From Candidatus Bathyarchaeota archaeon (GTDB taxonomy: Archaea > Thermoproteota > Bathyarchaeia > Bathyarchaeales > Bathycorpusculaceae): a stretch of DNA of 64,000 nucleotides. This document shows positions 10,228 to 20,344 of the stretch, one piece after another. The notes beneath the pieces were generated by a model, which ran no database searches, was not told where the DNA came from, and saw only the letters and a list, made by a program, of their open reading frames with translations. Positions within the stretch are counted from its first letter, which is position 1, and each line of letters starts with the position of its first letter. The stretch lies in contig CAWEPZ010000002.1 in assembly GCA_963811105.1 (NCBI GenBank), positions 224,001-288,000 on the forward strand, given 5' to 3'. The position numbers and the translations under genes were made by a program.

Positions 10228-10799
10228 GTGCCTATCACCACCGTTTGCCTATCAAGAATATTATTGTCAAGCATTAACGTGATTATCAATTTGCAGAGGG
10301 ACAATGTTTGCGTTCGGTCAATGGTGCTTGCGATTAGCTGTATATTTATGTACTTTGATTCGAGAACATGAAGGATGCCAATATTGGAATTTGCCTGAAT
10401 ACTAAATTGGTCGATATTAGTTGTGTTTCCTTCCACTTTGAAATCTAAAGTCATTCCGCCTATGCCGCTATCTCCGTAGTTTTGGAGAGATATGTTGATG
10501 AATTTGTAGTGCGGATAACCAGTTAACGGGTCTCCATGCCAAGCTCCATTTGAAACAATGGTTAGCGTTACATTGTCGGTTGGGTTTTGAAGTTGGCTAA
10601 GTTGAGTTTCCAGATTGTTTGCTTGAGTTTGAAGGGTATCTGTCATGTTTTGATAGTATGCGATTTGGCTTTGTAGGTTGCTTACTTGCTTCTGGTTTTC
10701 GGCCATTTGATTTCCAAGGAACAATGCGGATGAAGTAAGGACAAGAGTAACTATGATAAGTGAAGTTATCAATTTCCTGCGGGTTGGAAATCTACTCAT
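10224..10799 (-). CDS. N-terminally anchored coiled-coil protein
   Basis: TM then LQSQIAYYQN...LETQLSQLQNP; similar to the neighbouring gene. Confidence 0.75.
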   Translation of the reverse strand: MSRFPTRRKLITSLIIVTLVLTSSALFLGNQMAENQKQVSNLQSQIAYYQNMTDTLQTQANNLETQLSQLQNPTDNVTLTIVSNGAWHGDPLTGYPHYKFINISLQNYGDSGIGGMTLDFKVEGNTTNIDQFSIQANSNIGILHVLESKYINIQLIASTIDRTQTLSLCKLIITLMLDNNILDRQTVVIGT

Positions 10800-10822
10800 A
10801 ATTACTCTTGCGATATTTTGGC

Positions 10823-10877
10823 AATAAAAGGCTATTCATCAAACAATCTTGACTAAGGACAGTCAAATTTTCTTGAC
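10823..10877 (-). promoter_or_regulatory. Tandem dyads (8-bp spacer), 7 bp, TATA
   Basis: Boxes 10838-10853 and 10862-10877; TATA 10823-10830. Confidence 0.8.
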
Positions 10878-11051
10878 TTGGACCACTCTAATGTTTGCCC
10901 TTGAATTTTATATCTAAGTTTGCATGTTCCAGCTTGCTTGGAGGGTCAAAGGCGAAAAAGTACCATAAACAGGTACTAAGAAATAAGATCTACAATAAAT
11001 TTAAAGAAAACTTTTGCTTAGTCTTTAAGGTTTCTGATTATTGATTAGCAT

Positions 11052-11969
11052 TGTTCTATCTAGAAAATGGGCTACACTTTGTCTTTGAGGTATATTTCTG
11101 CTGGCGTTAAATAATTTATTCCTTCATGAGGCCTTGTATAGTTGTAGTAGCGGATGAAACTCCAGTGCTCATTGAACAGGTGTGATTCCGTCTGGTATGC
11201 TTTATGGAAAGCTTCAATTTTGCCACAGGTGGTAGGTCTACGAACACTTGCCATAATATGCTCAATACCCAGCTCAATGCAATGTCTATTAAACGCAGAA
11301 ATTTCCCCTCTTGCAGGCGTAAACTGTATTCCCTGATCCGTAAGAATCTGCTTAGGAGTACCATACTTTTTCACTGCTCTATCAAGAAGCATCATTGCAT
11401 TCTCTCCAGTTGGACTCCAAATCTTAACTGATCCAGTGATAAACCTTGAATGGTCATCTTGGTAACTAATCATCCAATAGTCATCATTACACAGCTTGAA
11501 ATCCGCTTGCCAAAGGCTGTTATTGTGCTCTCTTTGGAAACGCTTAGTTCCCCAGGTCTTTCTAGGAGAAGTTACAGGATGGTTTAGGCCAGCTTCACAG
11601 ATGATGCGGTAAACTTGATTATGGTCTATCGTACAGCCTTTAAGTTTAAGGCAACCGGCGATTTTCTTAGGTCCCCATTCATAACGCTTGCGTAGTTTGA
11701 TTACTTTATCTTTGATAAAATCGTCCGGTTCATAACCAATTGGACGACCTTTAGGTTTCTCTTCTAGACCCTTCCAACCCTGGGTTTGGTACCGGTTCCA
11801 CCAGCGGTAAAACATCTTCCTGTCAATTTGAGCTTCGGAGCAGATGTCAGTAACCGATCTACCTTCCAGCTTTCGTTTGATGATCCATTTTCTAAGCTTT
11901 TCCCAATCTCTATCCAACCAAGCACTCCCCCGATTTTGGAAGAGTGTAGCCTATTTAAAAGATAGAACA
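11052..11969 (-). mobile_element. IS481-family insertion sequence
   Basis: 27-bp imperfect TIRs starting TGT and ending ACA; 16-bp direct repeat GATTATTGATTAGCAT at 11036-11051 and 11970-11985. Confidence 0.9.
11072..11917 (-). CDS. IS481 transposase (HTH + rve integrase core)
   Basis: FYRWWNRY, LWQADFK, DDHSRF, ILTDQG, GKIEAFH, YNYTRPH. Confidence 0.9.
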   Translation of the reverse strand: MDRDWEKLRKWIIKRKLEGRSVTDICSEAQIDRKMFYRWWNRYQTQGWKGLEEKPKGRPIGYEPDDFIKDKVIKLRKRYEWGPKKIAGCLKLKGCTIDHNQVYRIICEAGLNHPVTSPRKTWGTKRFQREHNNSLWQADFKLCNDDYWMISYQDDHSRFITGSVKIWSPTGENAMMLLDRAVKKYGTPKQILTDQGIQFTPARGEISAFNRHCIELGIEHIMASVRRPTTCGKIEAFHKAYQTESHLFNEHWSFIRYYNYTRPHEGINYLTPAEIYLKDKV

Positions 11970-12312
11970 GATTATTGATTAGCATATTAATTTTGTCAAC
12001 CCACTCAAGAATTATTGATCTTTCACGCTCTGTAGCATTAACCACTTCCCAGTTGCCTATTATAGGCTTTGAAAAAGAAGCAGCAAATACCTGCTTAGTT
12101 GAAAGTCTATGGTTAAATCAAAAATCCTTTCTTTCACCATTTAAAAACTCAATAGAAAGGTAATACCCACCAACCAAGCCTCCAAAAGACTTCTTCTCAA
12201 TTAAAGAGGCTTGCTTCATTTCCTTAATAAAATACTCTTTCTTGTCTTTAGAAACAATCCTATCTTCTAGTAACTTATTTCCATCCTTTTCCAATATTAC
12301 GCTTTGAATCAT
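11970..12312 (-). pseudogene. Degraded hypothetical gene hit by IS481 near its 3' end
   Basis: Broken ORFs 12118-12312 and ...EWVDKINMLINN; the frame ends just beyond the left target duplication. Confidence 0.4.
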
Positions 12313-12378
12313 TTTAGATTACAGCCATTTCTTATTCTCTGCCTAGAGCTAATGAGTTTAATTACCTTTCAGATAGCT

Positions 12379-13413
12379 TCAGTTTACTAATAATATATGC
12401 TTCTTAATTCTCACAATTAATGTAGTAATTAAAATACTTACCAGAATGGGTATGATTGCTATTATTGGATACTCGGGCACTGTTGGACTAGGACTTGATG
12501 TAGATGTAGTTTGAGATTGATTTGTGTTAACTGAGAAATAGACTGTATTAACCCAAGTTGTTTTATTTAATAGATTTGTGCCATCCCAGAGTTCTTCTTT
12601 TACTCCAATGCTTAGCTTGTGTGAACCATCACTTAGATTGGAAAGGGGAACAGAACCATTAAAGTAATTTATGGGTCCTCCAAAAGTTGCCATATCTATT
12701 TTCCATAGTAGAAAGCCTAAGTATTTTTCATCTAATGTGTAGTTTAAAGTTTCAAGCAGTTCATTGGGGCAAGAGAATGAACCATTGCAATATACAACAT
12801 TTGAAGTGTATGTTGTATTTAGAGGAGAATAAAGGATAACTCCTGAAGGGAAAGTAATAGATTGGTTTGTTTCATCTTGAGCTAAAGCTGAAGGACTTGG
12901 TGAAAATGAATTGATATTGAAGGATACAGTTAGAAAAGCACAGCCAATAGGTATTCCATAAGATATGTAATTCTCTTCAGTTCTTAACCAAACTGTAATG
13001 TTATGGTAACCTTGTGACAAACCAGTCAGGGTTGTATTGCCACTATAGAGAGTGCTTCCTACTTTAGATAAAGGAACAGATGGGCTAGCTGGAAATTGAT
13101 AAGCAGGATTGGTATTGTTAACTAAATCAACCAAGTGATCAATATTGTAATCCATGGCGATCCCATGCCAGATAAAATAATCAAATAATTGCCCATGAAA
13201 AAGCTCTAAGGGTGGATATTCACTTTGTATAGTGTAGGCAAAGTATAGGTTGTCTTGATTGTAGGTTTTGCTTGTAGGGGATTGTATGGATATAGTTGCT
13301 TTTGGATTACCAAGAATTATAGAGTTGCCATTTGAGTAAGCAGCCCTTACTGCTCCAATAAGTGATACTCCAATAAGAATAGAAACAATTATGGCAACTA
13401 AGATAGCTTTCAT
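12379..13413 (-). CDS. Surface protein with two Ig-like repeats and a VPEY tail
   Basis: Signal peptide, repeated I.SP...TY and L.GLS.G.H, VPEYP-TM-KK. Confidence 0.85.
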   Translation of the reverse strand: MKAILVAIIVSILIGVSLIGAVRAAYSNGNSIILGNPKATISIQSPTSKTYNQDNLYFAYTIQSEYPPLELFHGQLFDYFIWHGIAMDYNIDHLVDLVNNTNPAYQFPASPSVPLSKVGSTLYSGNTTLTGLSQGYHNITVWLRTEENYISYGIPIGCAFLTVSFNINSFSPSPSALAQDETNQSITFPSGVILYSPLNTTYTSNVVYCNGSFSCPNELLETLNYTLDEKYLGFLLWKIDMATFGGPINYFNGSVPLSNLSDGSHKLSIGVKEELWDGTNLLNKTTWVNTVYFSVNTNQSQTTSTSSPSPTVPEYPIIAIIPILVSILITTLIVRIKKHILLVN

Positions 13414-13955
13414 CCTTGCTTTTTCCTTCTACTAAAAAGTAGCACTAATGCTGATAGGGTTAAAACCAATACTGCAATTATTGATAAGATAGGTATAGCC
13501 CAAAAAGGAAGAGAAAGAGGTTTAACCACTTGTTTGATGGCTGTTTCAATTGCAAAAGAGACAGTTGCATTAAAAGGAATTATCTCAGAGGCATGTTTTG
13601 CTTCGCTATGAACAAAAACACTATGAATTCCATCTGATAAGTTGCTAAGAGTAGTTTTTCCATTGCAATAGATACCACATGTAATGGTATAGGGTAATGG
13701 TTTGTCTTGTTGTCCATCTAAGCTATAGTTCAATGAATTAATGATGTCAAAAGGAGGAAATGTATCATATCTATTCAAACTAACATTCAGAAGTATATTT
13801 GATGAATGATATACTTGGTTTTGAGAAGGAGAAAATATGGTAATTGTCGGGGTATAATATGGCTTAAAATTGGCTTCAGCTAAAGTAGCAAAACTTGTTC
13901 CAACTAATGATGTGAGTGCTAACAGTAGAATCAAAACTATTTTTTCTTTCTTCAT
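13410..13955 (-). CDS. Small Ig-like surface protein with C-terminal TM
   Basis: Signal peptide, YSLDG, LSNLSDGIH, TM-RRKK. Confidence 0.8.
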   Translation of the reverse strand: MKKEKIVLILLLALTSLVGTSFATLAEANFKPYYTPTITIFSPSQNQVYHSSNILLNVSLNRYDTFPPFDIINSLNYSLDGQQDKPLPYTITCGIYCNGKTTLSNLSDGIHSVFVHSEAKHASEIIPFNATVSFAIETAIKQVVKPLSLPFWAIPILSIIAVLVLTLSALVLLFSRRKKQG

Positions 13956-13984
13956 CTTACCAATTCTACTGCTGTAACTTTATC

Positions 13985-14039
13985 CTTAAAAGATTTGCAG
14001 TAAAGATTCCTTGACTAAACTCAGTCAAACTTTCTTGAC
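13985..14039 (-). promoter_or_regulatory. Tandem dyads (8-bp spacer), 7 bp, TATA
   Basis: Boxes 14000-14015 and 14024-14039; almost identical to 22528-22582. Confidence 0.85.
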
Positions 14040-14174
14040 TTATTTTTCTATTACCAAACATTTCTTTGTAGATAGTTCTTCTGACAATTGTTGCTTTTTC
14101 AGAGTCCTTGAAATAGGTTTAAATGTTGAGATATAAAGCAGATTGTAATAAATGTAATTTGAGCGGAGAAGTAA

Positions 14175-14600
14175 TTGTCAGAAGCTCAGAAAAACATTTC
14201 CAGTAAGAAGAATAAGCTTACATTGTTTACTTTTACATTAACTGGCGCCTTTCTCATACTTACAGGGACTCCATTAGCAGGATCAGGGGTCACTAATTCT
14301 GCTGGTTACTCATATCACCCTTATCTTCCATTGGGAATGCCGTTAATAATTTTAGGTTTAGCCATGATAGCTTTTGCAGCATTGCAAAGAATTAGTCAGT
14401 TTCAAGCGCAAGTAATCGTTGGATTTTGCGGACAGATACTTCTCGGAATGGTTATTTTTATGATTCCAACTCTTTATTGGCCGAGTCCTTTTTCACCGTT
14501 TAATCTCCATACCTACTCAATAGTTCTTGGATTGATAGGAATAGCTCTTTCAATAGAAAGTTTAATTGTGATAAGCAAAACAAAAAGAGCGCAGCAATAA
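14175..14600 (+). CDS. Four-TM membrane protein, opposite orientation to the array
   Basis: Four hydrophobic segments. Confidence 0.7.
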   Translation: MSEAQKNISSKKNKLTLFTFTLTGAFLILTGTPLAGSGVTNSAGYSYHPYLPLGMPLIILGLAMIAFAALQRISQFQAQVIVGFCGQILLGMVIFMIPTLYWPSPFSPFNLHTYSIVLGLIGIALSIESLIVISKTKRAQQ

Positions 14601-14707
14601 AAAAGCAAATACCTTACCTAGACGATCTCTGAGGGGTATGGTCTACCGCTAAAAATGTCAAAATTGGCAGTTACTAAGATGAAATTGTTGCAAGAAGTTA
14701 TCGAAAT

Positions 14708-16080
14708 CTAGTCAGAATTTCTTGATGATTCTTTCATTGTCAAAGATTGCTTTGTAGTCTTTTTAGCTATAATCAAAGCAATTGGAATGGCGAGTAGTAA
14801 GGGTAGGATTGTCAACCAAGAAAACTCAGGAACGGCAGGTGTAGAGGTTGGTATGACTGTTGGTATAGATGCGTTATAGTCAGGTATTGCCTGTAAATTT
14901 GGCGCGGTTAAGAAGGGAATGAACGTAACATTACCTAAGTTGAAGTCATTCTTGAAGTCGTGGATCATTCGGCTGATTGTTTGTTGGTCAGTTGTTCCCC
15001 ACCAGTTTTGGGAAGCATCCACATCATTTGGGGCATTAACCGTTAAGTTGACTCCGCCCTCAATGTTATTTTGTTTGATTGTAACATGGGCTTCTTCATC
15101 TACAATTATTCCTGGGCCGCTAAGAGTGTTATTTTGGATTTGCACATTAGGGGTTCCGATTCCGCCTATTAATTTGACGCTTGACACGGTGCAACCCGAA
15201 ATTACGTTGTTTGAAATTAACGCGTTACCAGCAACCACAATTCCATAAGAAGTGTAAAGTGGTCCCTCTAGCCTTCCAACTTCTGGCGCAATCAAACCTG
15301 TAATGTTGTTGTTTGAAATAACCATTGTACCCTTTTCAAAACCCAAGTTTATCGCCGCTCCACCGTTCCACCCACCAGCCGCCAAAGAGATAGTATTGTT
15401 GTTTATTATCGGCGAACCTTCAGACGAATCAGCGTAAGGATTAGTGCGCACTCCATAATTAATAATATTTGACGAAATTATTGGTGAACCTCCAATGCTT
15501 AATACCCAAATTTCGTTTCCTTCGATTTGAGGTGTACCAGCCTCAACTTGGATGTCAGGAAAATTCTTCTGACCTAAAATTATTGGCGATCCCCCGTCAA
15601 TGTCTATCGTGCTCACGTTTACGTTGTTAGCTATTTTTGTTGAAGAATTTTTTATGGCAATAATCGCATTATTACTTGAAGAAGAAAAGATTGCGTTTTC
15701 GATTATACTGCCTTTTTCAGTTTGTTCGTTCCAAGATATACTTGCAGCGGTGAAAGTTATGCCTCCGCTGTCAAAGTAAATTGGGTTAGTAGTAGTACCA
15801 ACTGCAACAAAGGTACCGTTCACTTGTATGTAGTAATCATTCAGGTGCACTGTAACTCCGGCTTCAACTGTTAAGGTTACTCCACTAGTTATCAAGATAG
15901 GTCCATCAAGGATGTAAGGACTGTAGATTTGTTTCCATGTAGTGTCCGTGGTCATGACATTGTAACGTGTGTTCCAATTTGAGCTGAAACAAGCCCTCCT
16001 GCGTTAATAATGAATAGACTTAAGCATGTAAGAGGAAGAACTAGCAATAATACGAATTTCTTGTTAAAGCCCATAGTCAT
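14708..16080 (-). CDS. Beta-helix surface protein with PEF-CTERM tail; frameshift near 15960 separates the signal peptide
   Basis: Signal peptide MTMGFNKKFVLLLVL from 16080 is out of frame with TTDTTW..SPY; DASQNWWGT; VPEFSWL tail. Confidence 0.8.
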
Positions 16081-16096
16081 TAAGCGTTGTCAAGCA

Positions 16097-16150
16097 GATA
16101 AAAAGTTGTTCGTTAAATTTTCTTGACTAAGATTAGTCAAGATCTTTGAC
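16097..16150 (-). promoter_or_regulatory. Tandem dyads (8-bp spacer) and TATA
   Basis: Boxes 16112-16127 and 16136-16150; central TCTTGACTAA-GA-TTAGTCAAGA. Confidence 0.8.
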
Positions 16151-16194
16151 TATTTATTATTTCTCGGTGATTAGGTTTGTTATGGGTGTGGAAA

Positions 16195-16404
16195 CTAAGA
16201 AGGGTTCTTCTTTTCGTTAATATTCACTTTGTTGAGAGCATCTAAAATTATGAGGTAAAGCCCAAGTCCAAGCAGAATAAACGCAAAAAATCCTGAAAGG
16301 AGTTTGATAGGAATAAGGGTCTCGACACTCACCAACGACCAAATCAAAAATATTCCACCAAAGCCAAAGCAAAGTATCCCAAAACGCGCAAGATTAACAT
16401 TCAT
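16195..16404 (-). CDS. Small two-TM membrane protein
   Basis: Two hydrophobic helices, GAGG upstream. Confidence 0.6.
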   Translation of the reverse strand: MNVNLARFGILCFGFGGIFLIWSLVSVETLIPIKLLSGFFAFILLGLGLYLIILDALNKVNINEKKNPS

Positions 16405-16489
16405 TTGAAATTAATTCCTCAATTCTTGATATGGATTAACCTCGCTTAAAAGATTTTAGAAACAACAAATAATCGTTAATTTGGATTTA

Positions 16490-16556
16490 TATTTAACGCT
16501 TACCGTCAAGAATTCTTGACTAATTCTAATTAGTGGTTAGTCAAAAGTTTCTTGAC
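16490..16556 (-). promoter_or_regulatory. Tandem dyads (19-bp spacer), 7 bp, TATA
   Basis: Perfect palindrome GTCAAGAATTCTTGAC at 16505-16520; second box 16540-16556. Confidence 0.8.
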
Positions 16557-16560
16557 CTGA

Positions 16561-17280
16561 TTATTTTGGAGTTTTTCGATGGCTTCTAAACAGCAGTAAA
16601 GCACCAATAACAATCGCCAAGATTGCAGCTGCTGCAATCGCTAAAATATACGCTGTAGGAAAAGCAGCTCTTTCGTTAATATTTGAATTACTTGGAGTCG
16701 TAAAAGATTGAGTTGGTGTAATTGTTGGAGAAGCGGTGTCTATGGTAAAGGTAACTGTGCTATTGTTGTTCATATAATAGTTGGATGGCACTCCTTGGGC
16801 TTGATGAGCGTCTTGATAATAGCTTACGCCGTATACAAAAACTTGGAAAGTGTGACTGCCCTCAGATAAATTAGTTAGTGTACCTTGAAGAGTAATTGGG
16901 TCTTTGCTGTTAAGACTTTGAAGTGAATCAAATTCCTTTTCAGCGATGGTAACTTTGGGGTTACTGTCCAAGTAGTACTCAACTGAAAACAATTGCCCAT
17001 TATAACCTCCATAATCAAACCATGAAGAAGGCTTCTGCACCACAAGAGAGTACGGTATATCCTTTGTATTGTAGATAGTACCGTTTTCTGGTAATGTAAC
17101 TGTAAGTTTAGGCAAACTTGTGTCAGGCGTTGAAGGACCAACATAAGAAAATGTAGCTGGGTTTCCAACAGCTAACTCTACTGCCGATATACTAATAATA
17201 GCTAACATTAAAGACGTTAATGAAATTATCAACATTGTTTTTTTCATATACTTTACCAACTTCCAACTTTTTGAGGTCAC
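16561..17280 (-). CDS. Ig-like surface protein with C-terminal TM
   Basis: Signal peptide (likely start MKKTMLII), LTNLSEGSH, FP-TM-RSHRK. Confidence 0.8.
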   Translation of the reverse strand: MTSKSWKLVKYMKKTMLIISLTSLMLAIISISAVELAVGNPATFSYVGPSTPDTSLPKLTVTLPENGTIYNTKDIPYSLVVQKPSSWFDYGGYNGQLFSVEYYLDSNPKVTIAEKEFDSLQSLNSKDPITLQGTLTNLSEGSHTFQVFVYGVSYYQDAHQAQGVPSNYYMNNNSTVTFTIDTASPTITPTQSFTTPSNSNINERAAFPTAYILAIAAAAILAIVIGALLLFRSHRKTPK

Positions 17281-17795
17281 ATGACTCCTTGAGCTTGTTG
17301 TTGATAGATTTGACCACTATCTGCGGATACTGTAACCTTATAGCCGATTATCCAGTACTGAACACCAGTAACATCAGTTCTCTCGTATGCTCCGAATACA
17401 TCCCAAACAGGTCCAATTCCTCTCAATTCATAAAACACTGCATCTACGACTGTTACTGTTCTATTGTTTTCTTTTGCGTATTGGTTGATATAGGGCATGG
17501 CAACGTTGACAGCTTGTTCCTTTGCAATTAAAGACTCTTGTTGCGATGTAGTTGGCGTAGGTGAAGGCGATTGTTGGGTAAAGTTTTCTGTGGGTGTTTC
17601 GATTACAGGCACTTTTGATAAAGACTGGTTCATGGTGAATTGTGAGGAAAGCAAAGTGAAAGAGATTCCAAATATCAGAGTTGCAGCAAGTACGACAACA
17701 ATTGGCGTAGAATAAGTTTTCAGTTTTGTAGGTAGGCGATCAGGCGGTTGTGGACACCAATTTCTTAATCCTTTGATTCTTTTACGCATACCCAT
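17277..17795 (-). CDS. Single-TM protein with N-terminal WCPQP motif (DUF1673-like)
   Basis: MGMRKRIKGLRNWCPQP, one TM, small extracellular domain. Confidence 0.65.
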   Translation of the reverse strand: MGMRKRIKGLRNWCPQPPDRLPTKLKTYSTPIVVVLAATLIFGISFTLLSSQFTMNQSLSKVPVIETPTENFTQQSPSPTPTTSQQESLIAKEQAVNVAMPYINQYAKENNRTVTVVDAVFYELRGIGPVWDVFGAYERTDVTGVQYWIIGYKVTVSADSGQIYQQQAQGVM

Positions 17796-17799
17796 TTTC

Positions 17800-18273
17800 T
17801 TATTCTCCCACTATTTTTGCAAACAATGCCTCTGCAAGTTTGGACGGCAAAATTTTGCTTGTATCATCAAGAATTAGGAAGTTGCGGTCTTTTGCTTCGA
17901 CAAGCAGGGTTTCTCTGCAGGTTTGGAGTTTGCTGCATTTTTCGCAGTCGCCCTCATGTTTGTACCAAACTTGAACTCCATTTTTGGCTGAAAAAGTGAT
18001 GAACGCTTTAGTTTTGAAGTGGGAACTGTAGCCGAGTAAGAAGCCTTTGGTTGGGTCTACGGTTTGGATTTCGATCTTGTTTATTTTCGCTGTTTCCGCT
18101 AAGGCTTCTCCAATTTTGACATTTGCGGTATCGATGGCTTTATGGACTGTTTGCCGAGTGACGTTTAGTTTTCTTGCGATTTTTGCTTCTTGGAGTCCGC
18201 TGCTTTTTAAGTCCCAGATTATTTTTTGCTTTGATGTTAAGTATCCTAGGCTCAGCGTCATGTTGGCTCTCAT
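17800..18273 (-). CDS. HTH DNA-binding protein (sigma region-4-like) with C-terminal Cys cluster
   Basis: LTSKQKIIWDLKSSGLQEAKIARKLNVTRQTVHKAI; HEGDCEKC....TC. Confidence 0.75.
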   Translation of the reverse strand: MRANMTLSLGYLTSKQKIIWDLKSSGLQEAKIARKLNVTRQTVHKAIDTANVKIGEALAETAKINKIEIQTVDPTKGFLLGYSSHFKTKAFITFSAKNGVQVWYKHEGDCEKCSKLQTCRETLLVEAKDRNFLILDDTSKILPSKLAEALFAKIVGE

Positions 18274-18472
18274 GTAAGCTATACAAGACTTACATAGTAA
18301 GTATATGGCTCCAAATATTTATATTTTTCTGAATTAGCGAAGCAGGAATAGGTTAATCAAATTTTCTTGACTGATTCTTTCAGTGTCAAACATTTCCTTG
18401 TGTCTCTTTCTAACGGTCGCCAATGCAATTGGTATTGTGAGTAGTATGGGTAGGATTGTTAACCAAGAAAAC

Positions 18473-19783
18473 TCAGGAAGGCTTAGCGGTTTTTCGATGC
18501 CTTCTATTAAGCAGCAAAAAGCCAATAGCTATTAACGTTACTAAAACTATGGCAATTATTGTAATCGTTTGGGCAGAAATTTGGTTCACCGGAGTAGCCA
18601 CTGGCTGAGTTACTGTGAAATTGGCTGTTTGAGTTGCCATATTGCCAAAGGTGTCATTGGCGTAAATGGCAATGCTATGTGTGCCGCTGGTAACGTTTGC
18701 AACGGTAAAGTTGCCTGCTACAGTAACGTTCTGTTGTCCATCCAGAGAATAACCAATCCAGAAAAGAGGCTTATCAGTGCTAAAATCAAAAGGCAAATTG
18801 GAAGAAGTGAATGTTTGGTTATCTGGCAGTAGCAATTCAACGGTTGGCTTAGTTGTTCTGTAAAGGTAAGAGGTGTAGTTGAAAGGTGACATGAGCGGAT
18901 AATGGTCTTTAATCAGGGCAACAATTACATATGATTCATTGCCTATTCCTGAATCATCAATCATTTTGGCATTTGGATATTTGTTCTGGTAGTCACTCCA
19001 ATAGTTTCCGCCTGAAGGGTAACCATCATCCCAAATGTTATTTGAACCTATTGAGTAAACTTGTTGGGAGTTATTTATGAAATTATTATGGTAAATTTTA
19101 TTGTAAGAAGTGCTTTCAAAAAGTGCAATTCCCGAAGTCGCTAAGACAATGGGATTTGAGCTATTCTTTACGGTATTTTCAAGAATTGTGTTGTTTTTGG
19201 TTAGGAATAATCGAATGCCATGATAGTTTTTATCTAATATATTTCTCTTTATTGTGTTTTGTCCGCCGCCTTCAATGTAGATTCCAGCGGTAAACTGATC
19301 AAGTGAAAGTATGCCGTTTCCAGTGTCGGAAATGGTGTTGTTTTCTACGTTAATATTGGAGCAACTGCTAAGGTAAACTCCCATGGAGCTTCCTGTAATG
19401 ATGAAGTTTTTTACGGTCACATTTGAGGTATAAGAGACCCCTGGCACTGGGTCTAACCCTTCTGCTGGATATACTGGAGGACTTATTTTTATGCCGCCAT
19501 TACCGCTCTCGTCAGAACCGCCAATGATTGAGTGTCCATTTCCATCAAGCACGGCATTGCTTTTTTGAATGGTTAAGCTTCCGCGTATATCTCCGGTGAG
19601 GGAATAGGTGTTTCCTGTTTGCTGAATAGGAGCCGTCGCTGGAGTTATTGTTCCATCGCTGCTAATGTTGTAACTGGTGTATCCGTTGATTTCTCCAGCA
19701 CTTGGTTGAATGCAAACTACAGAGCCAACAAAAACGAGGACAAGAAATAACGTGAAAAGAGCATTACCCTTGATTTTTGCCAT
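18473..19783 (-). CDS. NosD beta-helix + Ig-like surface protein
   Basis: I.SDGTITP, LDGNG, WDDGYPSGGNYWSDY, YSLDG, TM-RRHRK; paralog of 31678-33045. Confidence 0.9.
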   Translation of the reverse strand: MAKIKGNALFTLFLVLVFVGSVVCIQPSAGEINGYTSYNISSDGTITPATAPIQQTGNTYSLTGDIRGSLTIQKSNAVLDGNGHSIIGGSDESGNGGIKISPPVYPAEGLDPVPGVSYTSNVTVKNFIITGSSMGVYLSSCSNINVENNTISDTGNGILSLDQFTAGIYIEGGGQNTIKRNILDKNYHGIRLFLTKNNTILENTVKNSSNPIVLATSGIALFESTSYNKIYHNNFINNSQQVYSIGSNNIWDDGYPSGGNYWSDYQNKYPNAKMIDDSGIGNESYVIVALIKDHYPLMSPFNYTSYLYRTTKPTVELLLPDNQTFTSSNLPFDFSTDKPLFWIGYSLDGQQNVTVAGNFTVANVTSGTHSIAIYANDTFGNMATQTANFTVTQPVATPVNQISAQTITIIAIVLVTLIAIGFLLLNRRHRKTAKPS

Positions 19784-19806
19784 AACTCTATTTTCAATTA
19801 GGTTCG

Positions 19807-19861
19807 AATAAAAGGTTTGCAGTTAAACAATCTTGACTGAGCTTAGTCAAACTTTCTTGAC
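19807..19861 (-). promoter_or_regulatory. Tandem dyads (8-bp spacer), 7 bp, TATA
   Basis: Boxes 19822-19837 and 19846-19861; TATA 19807-19814. Confidence 0.85.
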
Positions 19862-19999
19862 GTAATTGGATGCTTATTTTGTGGAATTGATGCAAGAGCA
19901 AGCTCTCTGTCGAAAACCCTTTGGCTGGAACCTTCATATTGAAAACATAGCTTGCCTATATTTTTTTGTCTCGAAATTATTTTTTTTAATTGTCTTTTC

Positions 20000-20344
20000 T
20001 TATTTCTCAAAAGTTTCCAAAAGTTCTTCTAGCAACATTTTGACTTTGGGAAGACTAAGCTTTGCCATTTTCCAAAGCTTGTCAGGTTTTACCGTATGGT
20101 ATTCATGGATATGTTTGTTTCTTATATCATTGAGGATCCGCCAAGGAATTTGAGGATTATTTTCCTGTACAGACTTTGGAATTTTGTCAACCGCTTCACC
20201 TATTATCAAAACGTCGTATGCAACTGAATTTATTTTTTCATAGTTATTTGAAAAAGCCTCAAAACTGATATCTTTGGTCGATTTCTCAACTTCATTAATG
20301 GCATTTATCATGTCATCTAAGTATACTTTGAAATCTTTGTTCAA
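20000..20344 (-). CDS. hepT: HEPN/DUF86 RNase toxin (HepT-like)
   Basis: IIGEA, IPW, RNKHIHEY (RX4H motif). Confidence 0.9.
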   Translation of the reverse strand: MNKDFKVYLDDMINAINEVEKSTKDISFEAFSNNYEKINSVAYDVLIIGEAVDKIPKSVQENNPQIPWRILNDIRNKHIHEYHTVKPDKLWKMAKLSLPKVKMLLEELLETFEK

